Under the pieces are notes generated by a model, which was not told the DNA's origin, did not search any database, and saw nothing but the letters and a program-made list of their open reading frames with translations. This document shows, piece by piece, positions 25,812 through 35,644 of a stretch of 36,649 nt of DNA (position 1 is the first letter of the stretch; each line of letters begins with the position of its first letter). Source of the DNA: a bacterium (GTDB lineage Bacteria; Patescibacteriota; Minisyncoccia; Phycocordibacterales; GCA-002787175); assembly GCA_030689285.1 (NCBI GenBank), contig JAUYJM010000007.1, positions 1 to 36,649 of the forward strand. The letters run 5' to 3'. The position numbers and the translations under genes are program-made.

Positions 25812-27797
25812 CTATTCGCCGGGCAACTTGTAAATCTTGATGCCGTTTGCATCATAAACTATCTCAAGGTCAGTGTTTAATTTAGCGGGATCGCGGGCTA
25901 TCGCTTTTTCGCGCTCGCCGAAATACAAATAGTCCAGCTTGTAGGGCAATGTTTTTCCGCTTTTCAAAAAATCTTCGTACCGTCTTACAAAGGCGCTATG
26001 CCTCTCCCCACTCCAGACAGGAAATCCGTAGCCGCGGTTTGTGAAAATCACCCCGGGCTGTTCAGCTCTAAACTGGTCGGCAAAAAGGTAGGATATTCCT
26101 GTTCTGTCTTCATTTTCCGGAATACGACCGCCAGTGGCGAAAAATCTTCCGAACTCCCCCTCCCCAATTCCGTATACCTTGCTTATCTGGAAAAATCTGT
26201 CCGCTATCTCGTCGTTTGCCGCGACCGTGTCATAACCGTCCGGCACGTAAATCTTTTTGTCAGTAAAATGCTTGAGCAAAGTATTTGAGACAAAAGACGG
26301 CGTGCCTATAACGGAGTCCTTCGGCGTGTTCTCGCGTATCCACTCATAGCTCCCAAATTCTTCCGCCAAGATAAAAGCGCCGCCGTTTAGATTTGAAGAT
26401 ATGTACCTTCTTTCTATGTCAACCCCCTTCAGAAAAAGAAATGCTATGGCAAAGACCAAACTCGCCTCCGCAACCTTCTCTGCGTTAAACTTTCCTTTTC
26501 TTGACAAAACCATAAGTCCTAAAACCAAAAGCGCCAAAAAGAACGCTAAAACCAGTGAATAAATTTTAACTTTAGAATTTTCAGTTGTTATGGCTCGCGC
26601 CAGAAAAAAGCCGCTAAAGAATGCAGTTGCCAGTGAAATTTGTAACGGAAGAAGTTTTTCTTTGTACTTTTGAAACAACGCTAAAGCAAGAGCAAAGAAA
26701 GCCATATTTAAAACAAACTGCCTCGGTTTGATCCAATGGTCGGGCTGAGGGTTAAAGCCGGTTACCACTTGAATGTTATAAACGATAAAAACCGGCAAAA
26801 GCAGAGAAACGAGAAAAATCGCCGCGAATTTGTCTTTTTTTCTAAAAAGCCAAAAAAGAAGGGCGGCTAGCGCGGTATGCTGAAAATAAGCGAATAAAAC
26901 TCTCGGGTAGAAAAACGGCTTAAAAGTATGCTCCGGGCCTATACGTATAGAAATGTCTTTGTAGCCAGGCAGACGCGTCAATTCGTAGAAATTGATGAAA
27001 TACGGAACAACCATAAGAGCCGACACCGCGAAAACAACAAGAGCAATTTTTAAAATCTTCTTTTCTTTGAGAAACAAGGACGCAATGACGATAAAAAACA
27101 GCGCGGTGGCGGTATAGACCGCGTAATAAAAATAGACATACAAGAGAAAACCGACCGCGATGCCAGCGAGATAAGGCATCCATCTTTCATTTCTCTTAAA
27201 AGCGCGAACTAAAAGATAAAGCGCCACGAAGAAAAACACCGCAGTAAGCATCGGGTCCTCAAAGCGGTTGAAATACAGGCGATACTGCGGATTGACTAGA
27301 TGGCTGAAAAACCACGCTCTGCCGTAGTCGTCCAAAGGCGGAAAAAAAGAAAGATAGCGCGGCAAGATAAGACTCAAAGAAGCGAAGGCGATTGACAAAA
27401 GCCTTTTTGAAAAAAGTTCGTAAAACAGAAAGTATAAAACCAAAAATGCCATCGCGGGAAAGAAAACGGAAGAAAATATGAAAGCGACGTTTACGCTTCC
27501 AAAAAGTCTAGCCAGAAAACCCAAAATATAATGAGGGGCGGGAGGAGACACGGTCGGAGAACCCTGATATTCATACAAACTTATATCCCCGCTCGCCCTT
27601 CCGGTCAGATACACCTCTTTTGCCCTTGCGATAGTGTGATACTTTTCGTCAATTCCGATTATCGTGGGCGCGTAAATAATATCCGAATTTTTTCCGGCCT
27701 CAATATAAAAAAATAAATGATGAAAGCCGTACAAGACAGCAACCGCTGAAGTCAAAAAAAATATCGCCTTATGTTTTTTGAAAAAAGAATGCGCCAT
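25812..27797 (-). CDS. Large polytopic membrane protein, probable GT-C fold glycosyltransferase
   Basis: More than 10 hydrophobic segments, DE pair in the first loop, C-terminal soluble domain with WIRENTPKDSVI. Confidence 0.6.
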   Translation of the reverse strand: MAHSFFKKHKAIFFLTSAVAVLYGFHHLFFYIEAGKNSDIIYAPTIIGIDEKYHTIARAKEVYLTGRASGDISLYEYQGSPTVSPPAPHYILGFLARLFGSVNVAFIFSSVFFPAMAFLVLYFLFYELFSKRLLSIAFASLSLILPRYLSFFPPLDDYGRAWFFSHLVNPQYRLYFNRFEDPMLTAVFFFVALYLLVRAFKRNERWMPYLAGIAVGFLLYVYFYYAVYTATALFFIVIASLFLKEKKILKIALVVFAVSALMVVPYFINFYELTRLPGYKDISIRIGPEHTFKPFFYPRVLFAYFQHTALAALLFWLFRKKDKFAAIFLVSLLLPVFIVYNIQVVTGFNPQPDHWIKPRQFVLNMAFFALALALFQKYKEKLLPLQISLATAFFSGFFLARAITTENSKVKIYSLVLAFFLALLVLGLMVLSRKGKFNAEKVAEASLVFAIAFLFLKGVDIERRYISSNLNGGAFILAEEFGSYEWIRENTPKDSVIGTPSFVSNTLLKHFTDKKIYVPDGYDTVAANDEIADRFFQISKVYGIGEGEFGRFFATGGRIPENEDRTGISYLFADQFRAEQPGVIFTNRGYGFPVWSGERHSAFVRRYEDFLKSGKTLPYKLDYLYFGEREKAIARDPAKLNTDLEIVYDANGIKIYKLPGE

Positions 27798-27824
27798 TGG
27801 ACAAGATTAAAAATACATATATCT

Positions 27825-28751
27825 TTACGTATTTTTGTTAAACGGTAAAAACTTTTTAGAAAAAAACCGCCAAAATTCCATAGCTATTTTTCTCTTCTTG
27901 ATTAAAACTCGCCTGCTCCACGGCTTCAACATTAGAAATTTTCTCTTAAAAGCGATCTCGGATGATGTCCATATCCAAATGAATACGGTAAATATATACT
28001 GCGTCACCGGAAAATTACCGTGTTCTATGAGCGTATGAGGGTGGTCTGGATGCCTTTCCAAACGCGAACGGATATCCTGAAAACGTGTATGAAGAACTTT
28101 TGGCACGGAATACATCTTTGCGCTAAGAGCCACTTCAGAAAGAAAAAGCAAGGGACCGTGCATCGTGGCCTTAAAAGGACGTTTCAAGATTTTTTTTAAA
28201 AACGAGGTCCTGTAGAGTCCGAAAAAAAATATAGGACCCTTTTTGCCCCGAAAATGCATCTTGAAGTTGTCTTGGTATGAGGCACTCGTTAGGTCATGCG
28301 TTCTCTCTTCGTCTCTTATAGGAACTCCGTCTTTTACATATCGCATTATGTAGTGGCTCATAGCCACGCCAAAGTCCGGATTAGACTCCAAAGCGTTCGT
28401 AAGTTCCTCAACAAACCTTTTATCCCACCAGTCATCATCGGACACCCACATAAAATACTCGCCTTTCGCTTGTTTTACCACAAATTCATGGTTTGGATTA
28501 CCTCCTATGTTTTGCTTTTGGCGTATATAGCGAATACGGTGGTCGCGATTCGCGTATGTTTCCATTATCTTTTCAGTATCGTCCGAGGAAGCGTTGTCGG
28601 AAACAATAAGTTCAATATTTTTGTAAGTTTGGTTCAAAAGCGCGTCAATCGCTTTAGGTAAAAGTGTCGCCCTGTTATAAGTCGGAAGACCTATGCTTAC
28701 AAGAGCGAGATTTTTTCCTGGAGGTAGCGGCGTCATAAAAGTCTGTTGCAT
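27825..28751 (-). CDS. GT2 glycosyltransferase
   Basis: VSIGLPTYNR, VSDNASSD, GEYFMWVSDDD. Confidence 0.93.
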   Translation of the reverse strand: MQQTFMTPLPPGKNLALVSIGLPTYNRATLLPKAIDALLNQTYKNIELIVSDNASSDDTEKIMETYANRDHRIRYIRQKQNIGGNPNHEFVVKQAKGEYFMWVSDDDWWDKRFVEELTNALESNPDFGVAMSHYIMRYVKDGVPIRDEERTHDLTSASYQDNFKMHFRGKKGPIFFFGLYRTSFLKKILKRPFKATMHGPLLFLSEVALSAKMYSVPKVLHTRFQDIRSRLERHPDHPHTLIEHGNFPVTQYIFTVFIWIWTSSEIAFKRKFLMLKPWSRRVLIKKRKIAMEFWRFFSKKFLPFNKNT

Positions 28752-29836
28752 TTTAAGGCATCTGCTTGTTTTAATAAGCCGTGGTTTCTTAAGAGCTTTT
28801 CCACAGAAGTGTCAGGCGTCTTCCGAAAAATTTTAGGAGACGCGGGCTTCTCAATTCTCTCATCAAGTTCGGCTTTTCCATTAAACCGAGCCTTGCTTTG
28901 TTCAAACGTAAATTCTTCTTTAAAAGTAGGCGCGAAAACCTGTGGCACTTGTTTTGAAGCGCGATAGAGTTTTCTCAAAAATCGCTGGTAGACGAGCCCA
29001 CGCGAAGAAACCGCGGATGCCTCATAAGCTGTATTTAAACATTCCAAAGAATACTCAAATTGACCGAAAACGCAAGCGAAAAAAGCCAGTTTCTCAAGCA
29101 TAAGAACACGCTTCTTTTTGTTTTTAACGCGCAGAACCGATTTAATATTACGTAAATACAAGGCATCGGTCGCAGTTTGGAAACCCTCGCCTCTCAACCC
29201 TTTGGGATAGCGGAATGGCGAGCAGTCCAAAATATATTTCGTAAATTTTACAAAAAAGAAGCCTTGGTCGGAAAGCAGTTTGCTTACGTCGCCAAACAGT
29301 TTTTGTTTTTTGTATATTTCTTGAAAACTCACCTCTGAAACTACAGCCAACACATTTTCTTTTAAAATCTGAGAGGAAGCTCTTAAGATTTCAAATTCCG
29401 TGCCTTGCGTGTCTAGAGACAAAAAGTCCGGCGGAGGGATTTTCTTATTATTTATAAGAAGTTCATCCATGGTCGTGACTTTTACCTCCATCTTCTCCAT
29501 TGGACTCATTACTTCGCCCAGTATTACGTCCTGTCTCCATTTTCTAAAATAAAAATACCAATTTTTTTTAGATGGCGATATCGCTCGCAGTGAACTTGTA
29601 TATGGGTCGTAGTTTATATTGAAAATTTCTGCGCCATTTTTGCCGCCGACGCATTTTGGCAAAACTATGAGTTTGGACTTCAATTTTTTATTGGCAGAAG
29701 CCATCTGCTCGGCACAGCTTGGGTCGGCATCGTACAGGACGTTTACAAAGTCCCGCTCAAAGCGCGGAAGCAGCGGAAAACTCCTCCTTCCGTCACGGCC
29801 CCCAATGTGGTGAATGACTATATTCTCCGCCTGCAT
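28733..29836 (-). CDS. FkbM-family SAM methyltransferase
   Basis: HHIGGR, PDFLSLDTQGTEFEIL, EVSF..IYKKQKLFGDV, DALY. Confidence 0.8.
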   Translation of the reverse strand: MQAENIVIHHIGGRDGRRSFPLLPRFERDFVNVLYDADPSCAEQMASANKKLKSKLIVLPKCVGGKNGAEIFNINYDPYTSSLRAISPSKKNWYFYFRKWRQDVILGEVMSPMEKMEVKVTTMDELLINNKKIPPPDFLSLDTQGTEFEILRASSQILKENVLAVVSEVSFQEIYKKQKLFGDVSKLLSDQGFFFVKFTKYILDCSPFRYPKGLRGEGFQTATDALYLRNIKSVLRVKNKKKRVLMLEKLAFFACVFGQFEYSLECLNTAYEASAVSSRGLVYQRFLRKLYRASKQVPQVFAPTFKEEFTFEQSKARFNGKAELDERIEKPASPKIFRKTPDTSVEKLLRNHGLLKQADALKCNRLL

Positions 29837-29860
29837 AATGTATGATATTATACACGACAT

Positions 29861-30610
29861 ATGCTTTTGAAAAAGCGTATCAAAAATTACAAAAACCTGA
29901 GAAAATACGGACTTTCGCCTAAAGACGCTCTTCTAGTCATACTAAAGAGCGCTAGAATGGTTACAGCTCCTTTTGACACGGGGGGCAGGAGTATAATCAC
30001 AAACTGGCGAGATGCCAGAGGACTTTATGACCACGAACCCAAAACCCGCAAATGGTTAGAGGGTAAAAAAGGGGTTTTTTACGACATTGGCGCCCATATA
30101 GGCAAGTTTGCTTTTATGGCGGAAAAGCAGGGATTGAAAGTTTACGCTTTTGAACCTCATTTTGAAAATTTCAGAACCTTATGCCACAATGTAATGCTGA
30201 ACGAAAGCGATGTTACGCCTTTTCCGCTGGCGATACTTGGAAAAACCTGTATAAAAAATTTTTCATTGAGTTCTATTTATTCAGGTTCGGCCAATCACGG
30301 CAATAAGCCGGAGAGCAACCGCGCCATTGATTTGGTCGCTTTCTCAATAGACGATTTGGAAAACATTCTGAAACTTCCTCCTCCTGAATATCTGAAAATT
30401 GACGTTGATGGAGCGGAAACGGAAATAATAACAAACAGTTCTCTTCATAGCGTAAAAGAGATTTTGGTTGAGATTGGCTCCAAAACCGCCGAAGAACTCA
30501 TACACAAAAATCTTTCGGTAAATTTTCAACTGTTTGACACTGATGAACTTATCGGAGTTGGCGAACGCGGCGAACAGTATCCAAGAAACGAATTCTGGAA
30601 AAGAAAGTAA
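29861..30610 (+). CDS. FkbM-family SAM methyltransferase
   Basis: FYDIGAHIG, VYAFEP, YLKIDVDGAE. Confidence 0.88.
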   Translation: MLLKKRIKNYKNLRKYGLSPKDALLVILKSARMVTAPFDTGGRSIITNWRDARGLYDHEPKTRKWLEGKKGVFYDIGAHIGKFAFMAEKQGLKVYAFEPHFENFRTLCHNVMLNESDVTPFPLAILGKTCIKNFSLSSIYSGSANHGNKPESNRAIDLVAFSIDDLENILKLPPPEYLKIDVDGAETEIITNSSLHSVKEILVEIGSKTAEELIHKNLSVNFQLFDTDELIGVGERGEQYPRNEFWKRK

Positions 30611-30637
30611 TCTGCGTATTGATTGTAAACTATATTT

Positions 30638-31576
30638 ATGGCCGAAAAAATTCTCATTACAGGCGCCGCCGGATACATAGGTTCGGTTCTCACGCCATAT
30701 CTTTTGGAAAATGGCTACGATGTAATCGCGCTTGATAATTTTATGTTTCGCCAAAACAGCCTTCTTGATTGTTGTAAATATAAAAACTTTGAAATTAAAA
30801 GGGGCGACTGCCGAGACGAGGATGTTCTAAAACCCTTGCTCGCCAAAGCAGACATAATAATTCCTTTGGCGGCTATTGTGGGAGCTCCGCTCTGCGAACA
30901 GAACAAAGAAGCCGCAGAAACCACAAATCTGGGCGCCATAAAGACTCTCTGCCGTCTCGCTCGCAAAAATCAGAGAATTCTTATTCCCATCACCAATAGC
31001 GGATACGGCATAGGCGAGAAAGGGAAATTCTGCACTGAAAATTCCGCCTTGAAACCTATTTCTTTGTACGGTCAAACAAAGGTAGAAGCCGAAAAAGTGG
31101 CGTTATCCCGAGAAAATAGTTTAAGTTTCAGACTGGCAACCGTTTTTGGTATGTCGCAGAGAATGCGAACGGACCTTCTGGTCAACGACTTCGTATATAG
31201 AGCCGTTACGGATAAAGCCGTGGTGATTTTTGAAGGGCATTTCAAGAGAAATTATGTCCATATACAAGACGTGGCCAGGGTTTTTCTACACGGTTTGAAA
31301 AACTTCGGCAAAATGAAGGGTCGGCCCTATAACGTGGGGTTAAGCGACGCAAACCTGTCAAAATTGGAACTGTGTGAAGTTATAAAAAAACACCTGCCAA
31401 AATTTACCTATATGGAAGCGCCTGTCGGAGAGGACCCTGATAAGCGCGACTACATCGTTTCTAACGAAAGAATTGAAAAAACCGGCTTCAAAACCGAGTG
31501 GGACTTAAACCGCGGTGTCACAGAACTCATAAAAGGCTACACGATTATTAAGAACAACCTATATTCTAACGTCTAA
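30638..31576 (+). CDS. NAD-dependent sugar-nucleotide dehydrogenase, Cj1427-like (GDP-heptose C4 oxidation)
   Basis: ITGAAGYIGSVL, ADIIIPLAAIVGAPLC, TNSGYGIGEK, RLATVFG, DLLVNDF, GEDPDKRDY as recalled from Campylobacter Cj1427. Confidence 0.8.
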   Translation: MAEKILITGAAGYIGSVLTPYLLENGYDVIALDNFMFRQNSLLDCCKYKNFEIKRGDCRDEDVLKPLLAKADIIIPLAAIVGAPLCEQNKEAAETTNLGAIKTLCRLARKNQRILIPITNSGYGIGEKGKFCTENSALKPISLYGQTKVEAEKVALSRENSLSFRLATVFGMSQRMRTDLLVNDFVYRAVTDKAVVIFEGHFKRNYVHIQDVARVFLHGLKNFGKMKGRPYNVGLSDANLSKLELCEVIKKHLPKFTYMEAPVGEDPDKRDYIVSNERIEKTGFKTEWDLNRGVTELIKGYTIIKNNLYSNV

Positions 31577-31583
31577 CTTTAAA

Positions 31584-32303
31584 ATGCTGAAAGACATTCC
31601 AATAGTTATCCTGTGCGGAGGTTTAGGCACACGTTTAAGGAGACTCATACCGGACCGCCCAAAGGTTCTTGTTCCTTTTCATAAAAAAGTTCTTCTGGAT
31701 ATAACAATGGAACTTTTGCAAAAAAACGGCTTTGAAAAAATCATCTTAAGCGTGGGATTTATGAAAGAACAGGTTAAGGAGCATTGCGAAAAATGCGGTT
31801 ACAAAGTGACTTTTTCCGAAGAAGATACGCCTCTTGGCACCGGAGGCGCCATCAAAAAAGCCCTTGACCGCCATATTAAGACTTCCATTTTTTTCGTTAT
31901 GAACGGCGATATGGTCTTTAATCCGAACTTTAATGACCTTCTTGATTTTCATACGGTGAATGGCGGAATTATGTCACTCTTTGTAACTGGAGGTTATATC
32001 GGAAACGGCGGAACCGTGGTATTTTTAGATAATCAAAACAAGATAATAGACTGGCGCGAAAAGACCGAAAATGACGCTCCCGAAAACATAAGGTTAAATG
32101 CCGGTACTTACATAATGAGCCGTGAAGTATCGGCTTTTTTCCCTCAAAAGAATTCTTTTTCGCTGGAGAATGAGGTTTTTCCAAAAATTTTTAGAGACCG
32201 ATGTTATGGTTTGGAAACAGATATTCAATTGATAGACATAGGAGTACCCGAGAGATACAACTCCGCTTTGAAGATGTCTTCTCAAATTTTAAAGACGATA
32301 TGA
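31584..32303 (+). CDS. hddC: Sugar-1-phosphate nucleotidyltransferase, probable heptose-1-P guanylyltransferase
   Basis: ILCGGLGTRL, PK, PLGTGGAI, FSLE, IDIGVPE; coupled to hddA by an ATGA overlap. Confidence 0.75.
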   Translation: MLKDIPIVILCGGLGTRLRRLIPDRPKVLVPFHKKVLLDITMELLQKNGFEKIILSVGFMKEQVKEHCEKCGYKVTFSEEDTPLGTGGAIKKALDRHIKTSIFFVMNGDMVFNPNFNDLLDFHTVNGGIMSLFVTGGYIGNGGTVVFLDNQNKIIDWREKTENDAPENIRLNAGTYIMSREVSAFFPQKNSFSLENEVFPKIFRDRCYGLETDIQLIDIGVPERYNSALKMSSQILKTI

Positions 32304-33280
32304 TAATCTCCAGAGCTCCGCTTAGAATAAGTTTTTTTGGCGGTGGCACGGACCACCCCGAATTTTTCCTAAACGAAGGAGGCGCCGTGCTTTCCACCGC
32401 GATAGATAAATACACTTATGTAACGGCCAACAGATTTCTAAGCTATATGTTTGAATATGCCATTCGCCTTTCATACAGCAGTGTAGAACTGGTCAAGAAC
32501 GTCAATGAAATTGAACATCAGATATTCAGAGAATGTCTCAAACGGTGCGGCATAAAGAAAGACTTGGCGCTCCACAGCATTTTTGACACGCACGCGTATA
32601 GCGGCCTCGGCACTTCGTCATCGCTTACGGTCTCCGTGCTCCAAGCTTTGCATTGCTTCAATAATAAGTGGATCTCTCCGCGAGACCTTGCCCGAGAAGC
32701 TATCTATGTTGAAAGAAATATGGTTAAAGACAAAGTCGGTTGCCAAGACCAAATAGCTGCAGCTTATGGCGGATTGAATTTTATTGAGTTTCAAACCGAG
32801 AAGGATTTTGTGGTAAACCGCATTGCTTTATCTCCGAGAAGACTTGCAGAACTGGAATCTTATGTCTTTATTGTCTATACGGGAAAACTTAGAAAAGCGT
32901 CCGAAATAACAGCCCATCAGTTAAAAAAAATAAAAGAAAACACGCAAGCGTTAAAGGATATGAAAAGAATGGCTTACGAAGGCCGAGACATTTTAGTCAA
33001 CAACAAACCACTGAGAAAATTTGGCGAACTTTTGGGTGAAGCGTGGGGAAAAAAGAGGACTTTAGACGGAGGCGTATCAAACTCAGCAATAGACGAAATG
33101 TACGAAAAAGGCCTTAAAGCCGGAGCTTTGGGGGGAAAGCTTCTGGGAGCGGGAGGAGGCGGTTTTCTTTTGTTTTTTGCGGAACACGGACTCCATCCCA
33201 AACTCGCAAAGCTTTTTCAGAAAAAAAACATTTTACCGGTTAAATTAAACGCTCCGGGCGCGCAGATTATCTTTTCATAG
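32300..33280 (+). CDS. hddA: GHMP kinase, D-glycero-alpha-D-manno-heptose 7-phosphate kinase
   Basis: RAPLRISFFGGGTD, SGLGTSS, GCQDQ..AAYGG, GGKLLGAGGGGF. Confidence 0.85.
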   Translation: MIISRAPLRISFFGGGTDHPEFFLNEGGAVLSTAIDKYTYVTANRFLSYMFEYAIRLSYSSVELVKNVNEIEHQIFRECLKRCGIKKDLALHSIFDTHAYSGLGTSSSLTVSVLQALHCFNNKWISPRDLAREAIYVERNMVKDKVGCQDQIAAAYGGLNFIEFQTEKDFVVNRIALSPRRLAELESYVFIVYTGKLRKASEITAHQLKKIKENTQALKDMKRMAYEGRDILVNNKPLRKFGELLGEAWGKKRTLDGGVSNSAIDEMYEKGLKAGALGGKLLGAGGGGFLLFFAEHGLHPKLAKLFQKKNILPVKLNAPGAQIIFS

Positions 33281-34235
33281 AGCGCCTAACCGCTTCCATA
33301 ACTTTTGCTCTGGTTAAAATATCTTTTTCAAAGTTACCGTAACTGCTATTAAAAACGCCTTCGCAGAAATCATTGATGGCTAACAAAAACTGACTAGCAG
33401 GTTTTACAAAAATATTCTTTCTTACATTTTTCGTTTCTAAAATAACGTTGGTGGGTTTATCCACGTTGACAGAAAACGCGCGGCAAACTTCCAAACTTCC
33501 CGTTTCACCGTAAAGTTTGTAAAAAGACGAGTATTCTTCGCCCATCGCCGCCCTGCATTTGGCTTTCACCCCCCCGCTTAAAAACAGTTCAACTTCCGCG
33601 CTTACATCAATATCCAAATCTTTGTTTATTTCTTCTTTCCCTAAAACCTTGTGAGGCAAAGAATCCAGGTGAAATATCGCCGCGACAATGGGGTAACCGA
33701 GCGAATCGTAAGAAACTCCTCCCAAAAGCTCTGCTTTAAGTCTGATGTCTCCCGCATCAGGAAGCGGATAAGTAAAATGAGCGTCAAAAAACCCTATTTT
33801 TCCTATTTTTTCCGACAAATTTCTGACGATAGCGTGTTGCGGATGATACAAAAAAGCGTAATTTTCAAAAATTCTAACCCCTTTTTCTCTACAGATTTCT
33901 AAAGCATCTTTTGCTTCCGCCAGATTTAAAAACGCGGGTTTTTCGCAGATTATATGTTTCCCCGCTTCAGCCGCTTTTATGACCCACTCAAAGTGAAGAG
34001 GTGGAGGAGTAGAGATGTATACGGCCGATACTTCCTCGTCGTTTAGTACGTCTTCGTAAAATCCCGCCTTTTCCGCGCCAAACTCTTTTGCGTATTCTTC
34101 AGCCCTTACAAGATTTCTGCTTCCGATATGGCGCAATCTTGCCTTTTTGGAAGAAACAACGGCAGGCAAAAATCTTTTCTTTGCAACCCTTGAGCATCCG
34201 ATAATTCCAAATTTTATCGGTAAACTTTCAGACAT
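33267..34235 (-). CDS. Gfo/Idh/MocA oxidoreductase (NDP-sugar 3-ketoreductase-like)
   Basis: GIIGCSRVA, AVYISTP, GKHIICEKP, HPQH, DIRL..LLGG. Confidence 0.85.
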   Translation of the reverse strand: MSESLPIKFGIIGCSRVAKKRFLPAVVSSKKARLRHIGSRNLVRAEEYAKEFGAEKAGFYEDVLNDEEVSAVYISTPPPLHFEWVIKAAEAGKHIICEKPAFLNLAEAKDALEICREKGVRIFENYAFLYHPQHAIVRNLSEKIGKIGFFDAHFTYPLPDAGDIRLKAELLGGVSYDSLGYPIVAAIFHLDSLPHKVLGKEEINKDLDIDVSAEVELFLSGGVKAKCRAAMGEEYSSFYKLYGETGSLEVCRAFSVNVDKPTNVILETKNVRKNIFVKPASQFLLAINDFCEGVFNSSYGNFEKDILTRAKVMEAVRRSMKR

Positions 34236-34713
34236 GTTTGCTGTCTTTACTTTGCGTCTTGAAGAACGAGCTTTGAGGGTCGCCGTGGTCTCCTTGGCCG
34301 AGTCCCAAGTTTTCATGCCTGATCGGCTCTTTGCAGTCGTCCCAGCGTTTGGTCAAAAACGACACCGATTGACAGTCGGTAACAGCCAAAAAAACATGGT
34401 AAACGTTTCTTGGAATAAAGACGCAAGTCCCTTTGCTCATTTCAATGAAATACTCCTTGCCGGTTTTTAAATCTTTTTCCACCTCAACCCCGGTGCCGTC
34501 CACAAGCATAATGTACTCGTCAAATTCGGGATGGCAGTGGTTGCCGCGGATTTTTCCGGCTTTTATAAACTGATGAGTCCACTCCGCTATAGGTTGATCC
34601 GGCACAAAAGAAAAAATGGCACCTCGCCCGTCTTTTACGGTGTTAAGGTTGCAAGACGGCGTAAATAACCTCATTCGCATCGCAGTTTTAGTTTCAGTCT
34701 TTTTTATTTTCAT
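34228..34713 (-). CDS. Cupin-fold sugar-nucleotide isomerase/epimerase
   Basis: DGRG, RGNHCH...EY, IPRNVYH. Confidence 0.75.
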   Translation of the reverse strand: MKIKKTETKTAMRMRLFTPSCNLNTVKDGRGAIFSFVPDQPIAEWTHQFIKAGKIRGNHCHPEFDEYIMLVDGTGVEVEKDLKTGKEYFIEMSKGTCVFIPRNVYHVFLAVTDCQSVSFLTKRWDDCKEPIRHENLGLGQGDHGDPQSSFFKTQSKDSKHV

Positions 34714-34735
34714 AAAATTTCCGTAAGCATACAGA

Positions 34736-35644
34736 TTAAGCGGCTATTGATTTGTAATATAAAACGGTTTCGGCAAGGCCTGTTCTAAAAGCCGTAAATT
34801 TAAAATCGGGGAGAAGTTTTCTGGTTTTTTTTGTATCCAGAACTCTTTTTCGCATTCCAATATATTTTGCTTCAGTATCGTACTTAATTTTGTTAGAATC
34901 GTATTCCAAAACATCGCTTACGGCCGCCGCGTATTCCCTAATGCTTTGTCCTTCTCCACTGCCGAGATTGAAAATATCGCTTTCACCTTTCTCTACCACG
35001 GCTTCAATAAGACGAACAGCGTCCGAAGCAAAAATCAATTCTCTAACCTGATGACCGTCTCCCCAAAGCACTACTGGATGATCCCCGTTAACCCCCGCAT
35101 AAATCTTTTTGATTAGGTCAAAGATAAAATGATTGTCTCCTGTTTCAAAAAGCGGACCGTAGAGAGTTGAAGGGATACAGTAGCGATATTGCATACCAAA
35201 CTGTTTTTGTAGCGCCCGAAGACCGGAAAGAAGCATTCGTTTTGTCATGGCGTAAGTATAAAGGTCTTTGGGCGGCTCCCCCTTCATATAATCGTCTTCT
35301 TTAAGCGCCTGGTCGCCATCCGGATAAGCACAACTCGTACCCATGGCTATCATAAGAGACTGTGGCTGAAATTCTTTCCAAAACCACAACATATTCGTGT
35401 TTATCTCTTGATTTATAATCCACTGCTCTCCCTGATGATAAAGACAAAAATCACCGGCTTTGGTCCAAGCCGCAAGATGGTAAATTCTATCAAACTTCTC
35501 ACCCTTAAACTGAAGAAGGTTTTTTTTCTCCCGCAAATCGCAATTTCTAGAATTTATGATTGTAACTTTATTCCCTCCTTTTTCCAAATGAGGAACTAAA
35601 TGCCTGCCCAGAAACCCCGTGCCACCTGTCACTAAAATGTTCAT
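34736..35644 (-). CDS. NAD(P)-dependent epimerase/reductase, GDP-L-fucose synthase-like
   Basis: VTGGTGFLG, HLAA, GTSCAYP, YAMTK, LYGP, WGDG..RE. Confidence 0.85.
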   Translation of the reverse strand: MNILVTGGTGFLGRHLVPHLEKGGNKVTIINSRNCDLREKKNLLQFKGEKFDRIYHLAAWTKAGDFCLYHQGEQWIINQEINTNMLWFWKEFQPQSLMIAMGTSCAYPDGDQALKEDDYMKGEPPKDLYTYAMTKRMLLSGLRALQKQFGMQYRYCIPSTLYGPLFETGDNHFIFDLIKKIYAGVNGDHPVVLWGDGHQVRELIFASDAVRLIEAVVEKGESDIFNLGSGEGQSIREYAAAVSDVLEYDSNKIKYDTEAKYIGMRKRVLDTKKTRKLLPDFKFTAFRTGLAETVLYYKSIAA

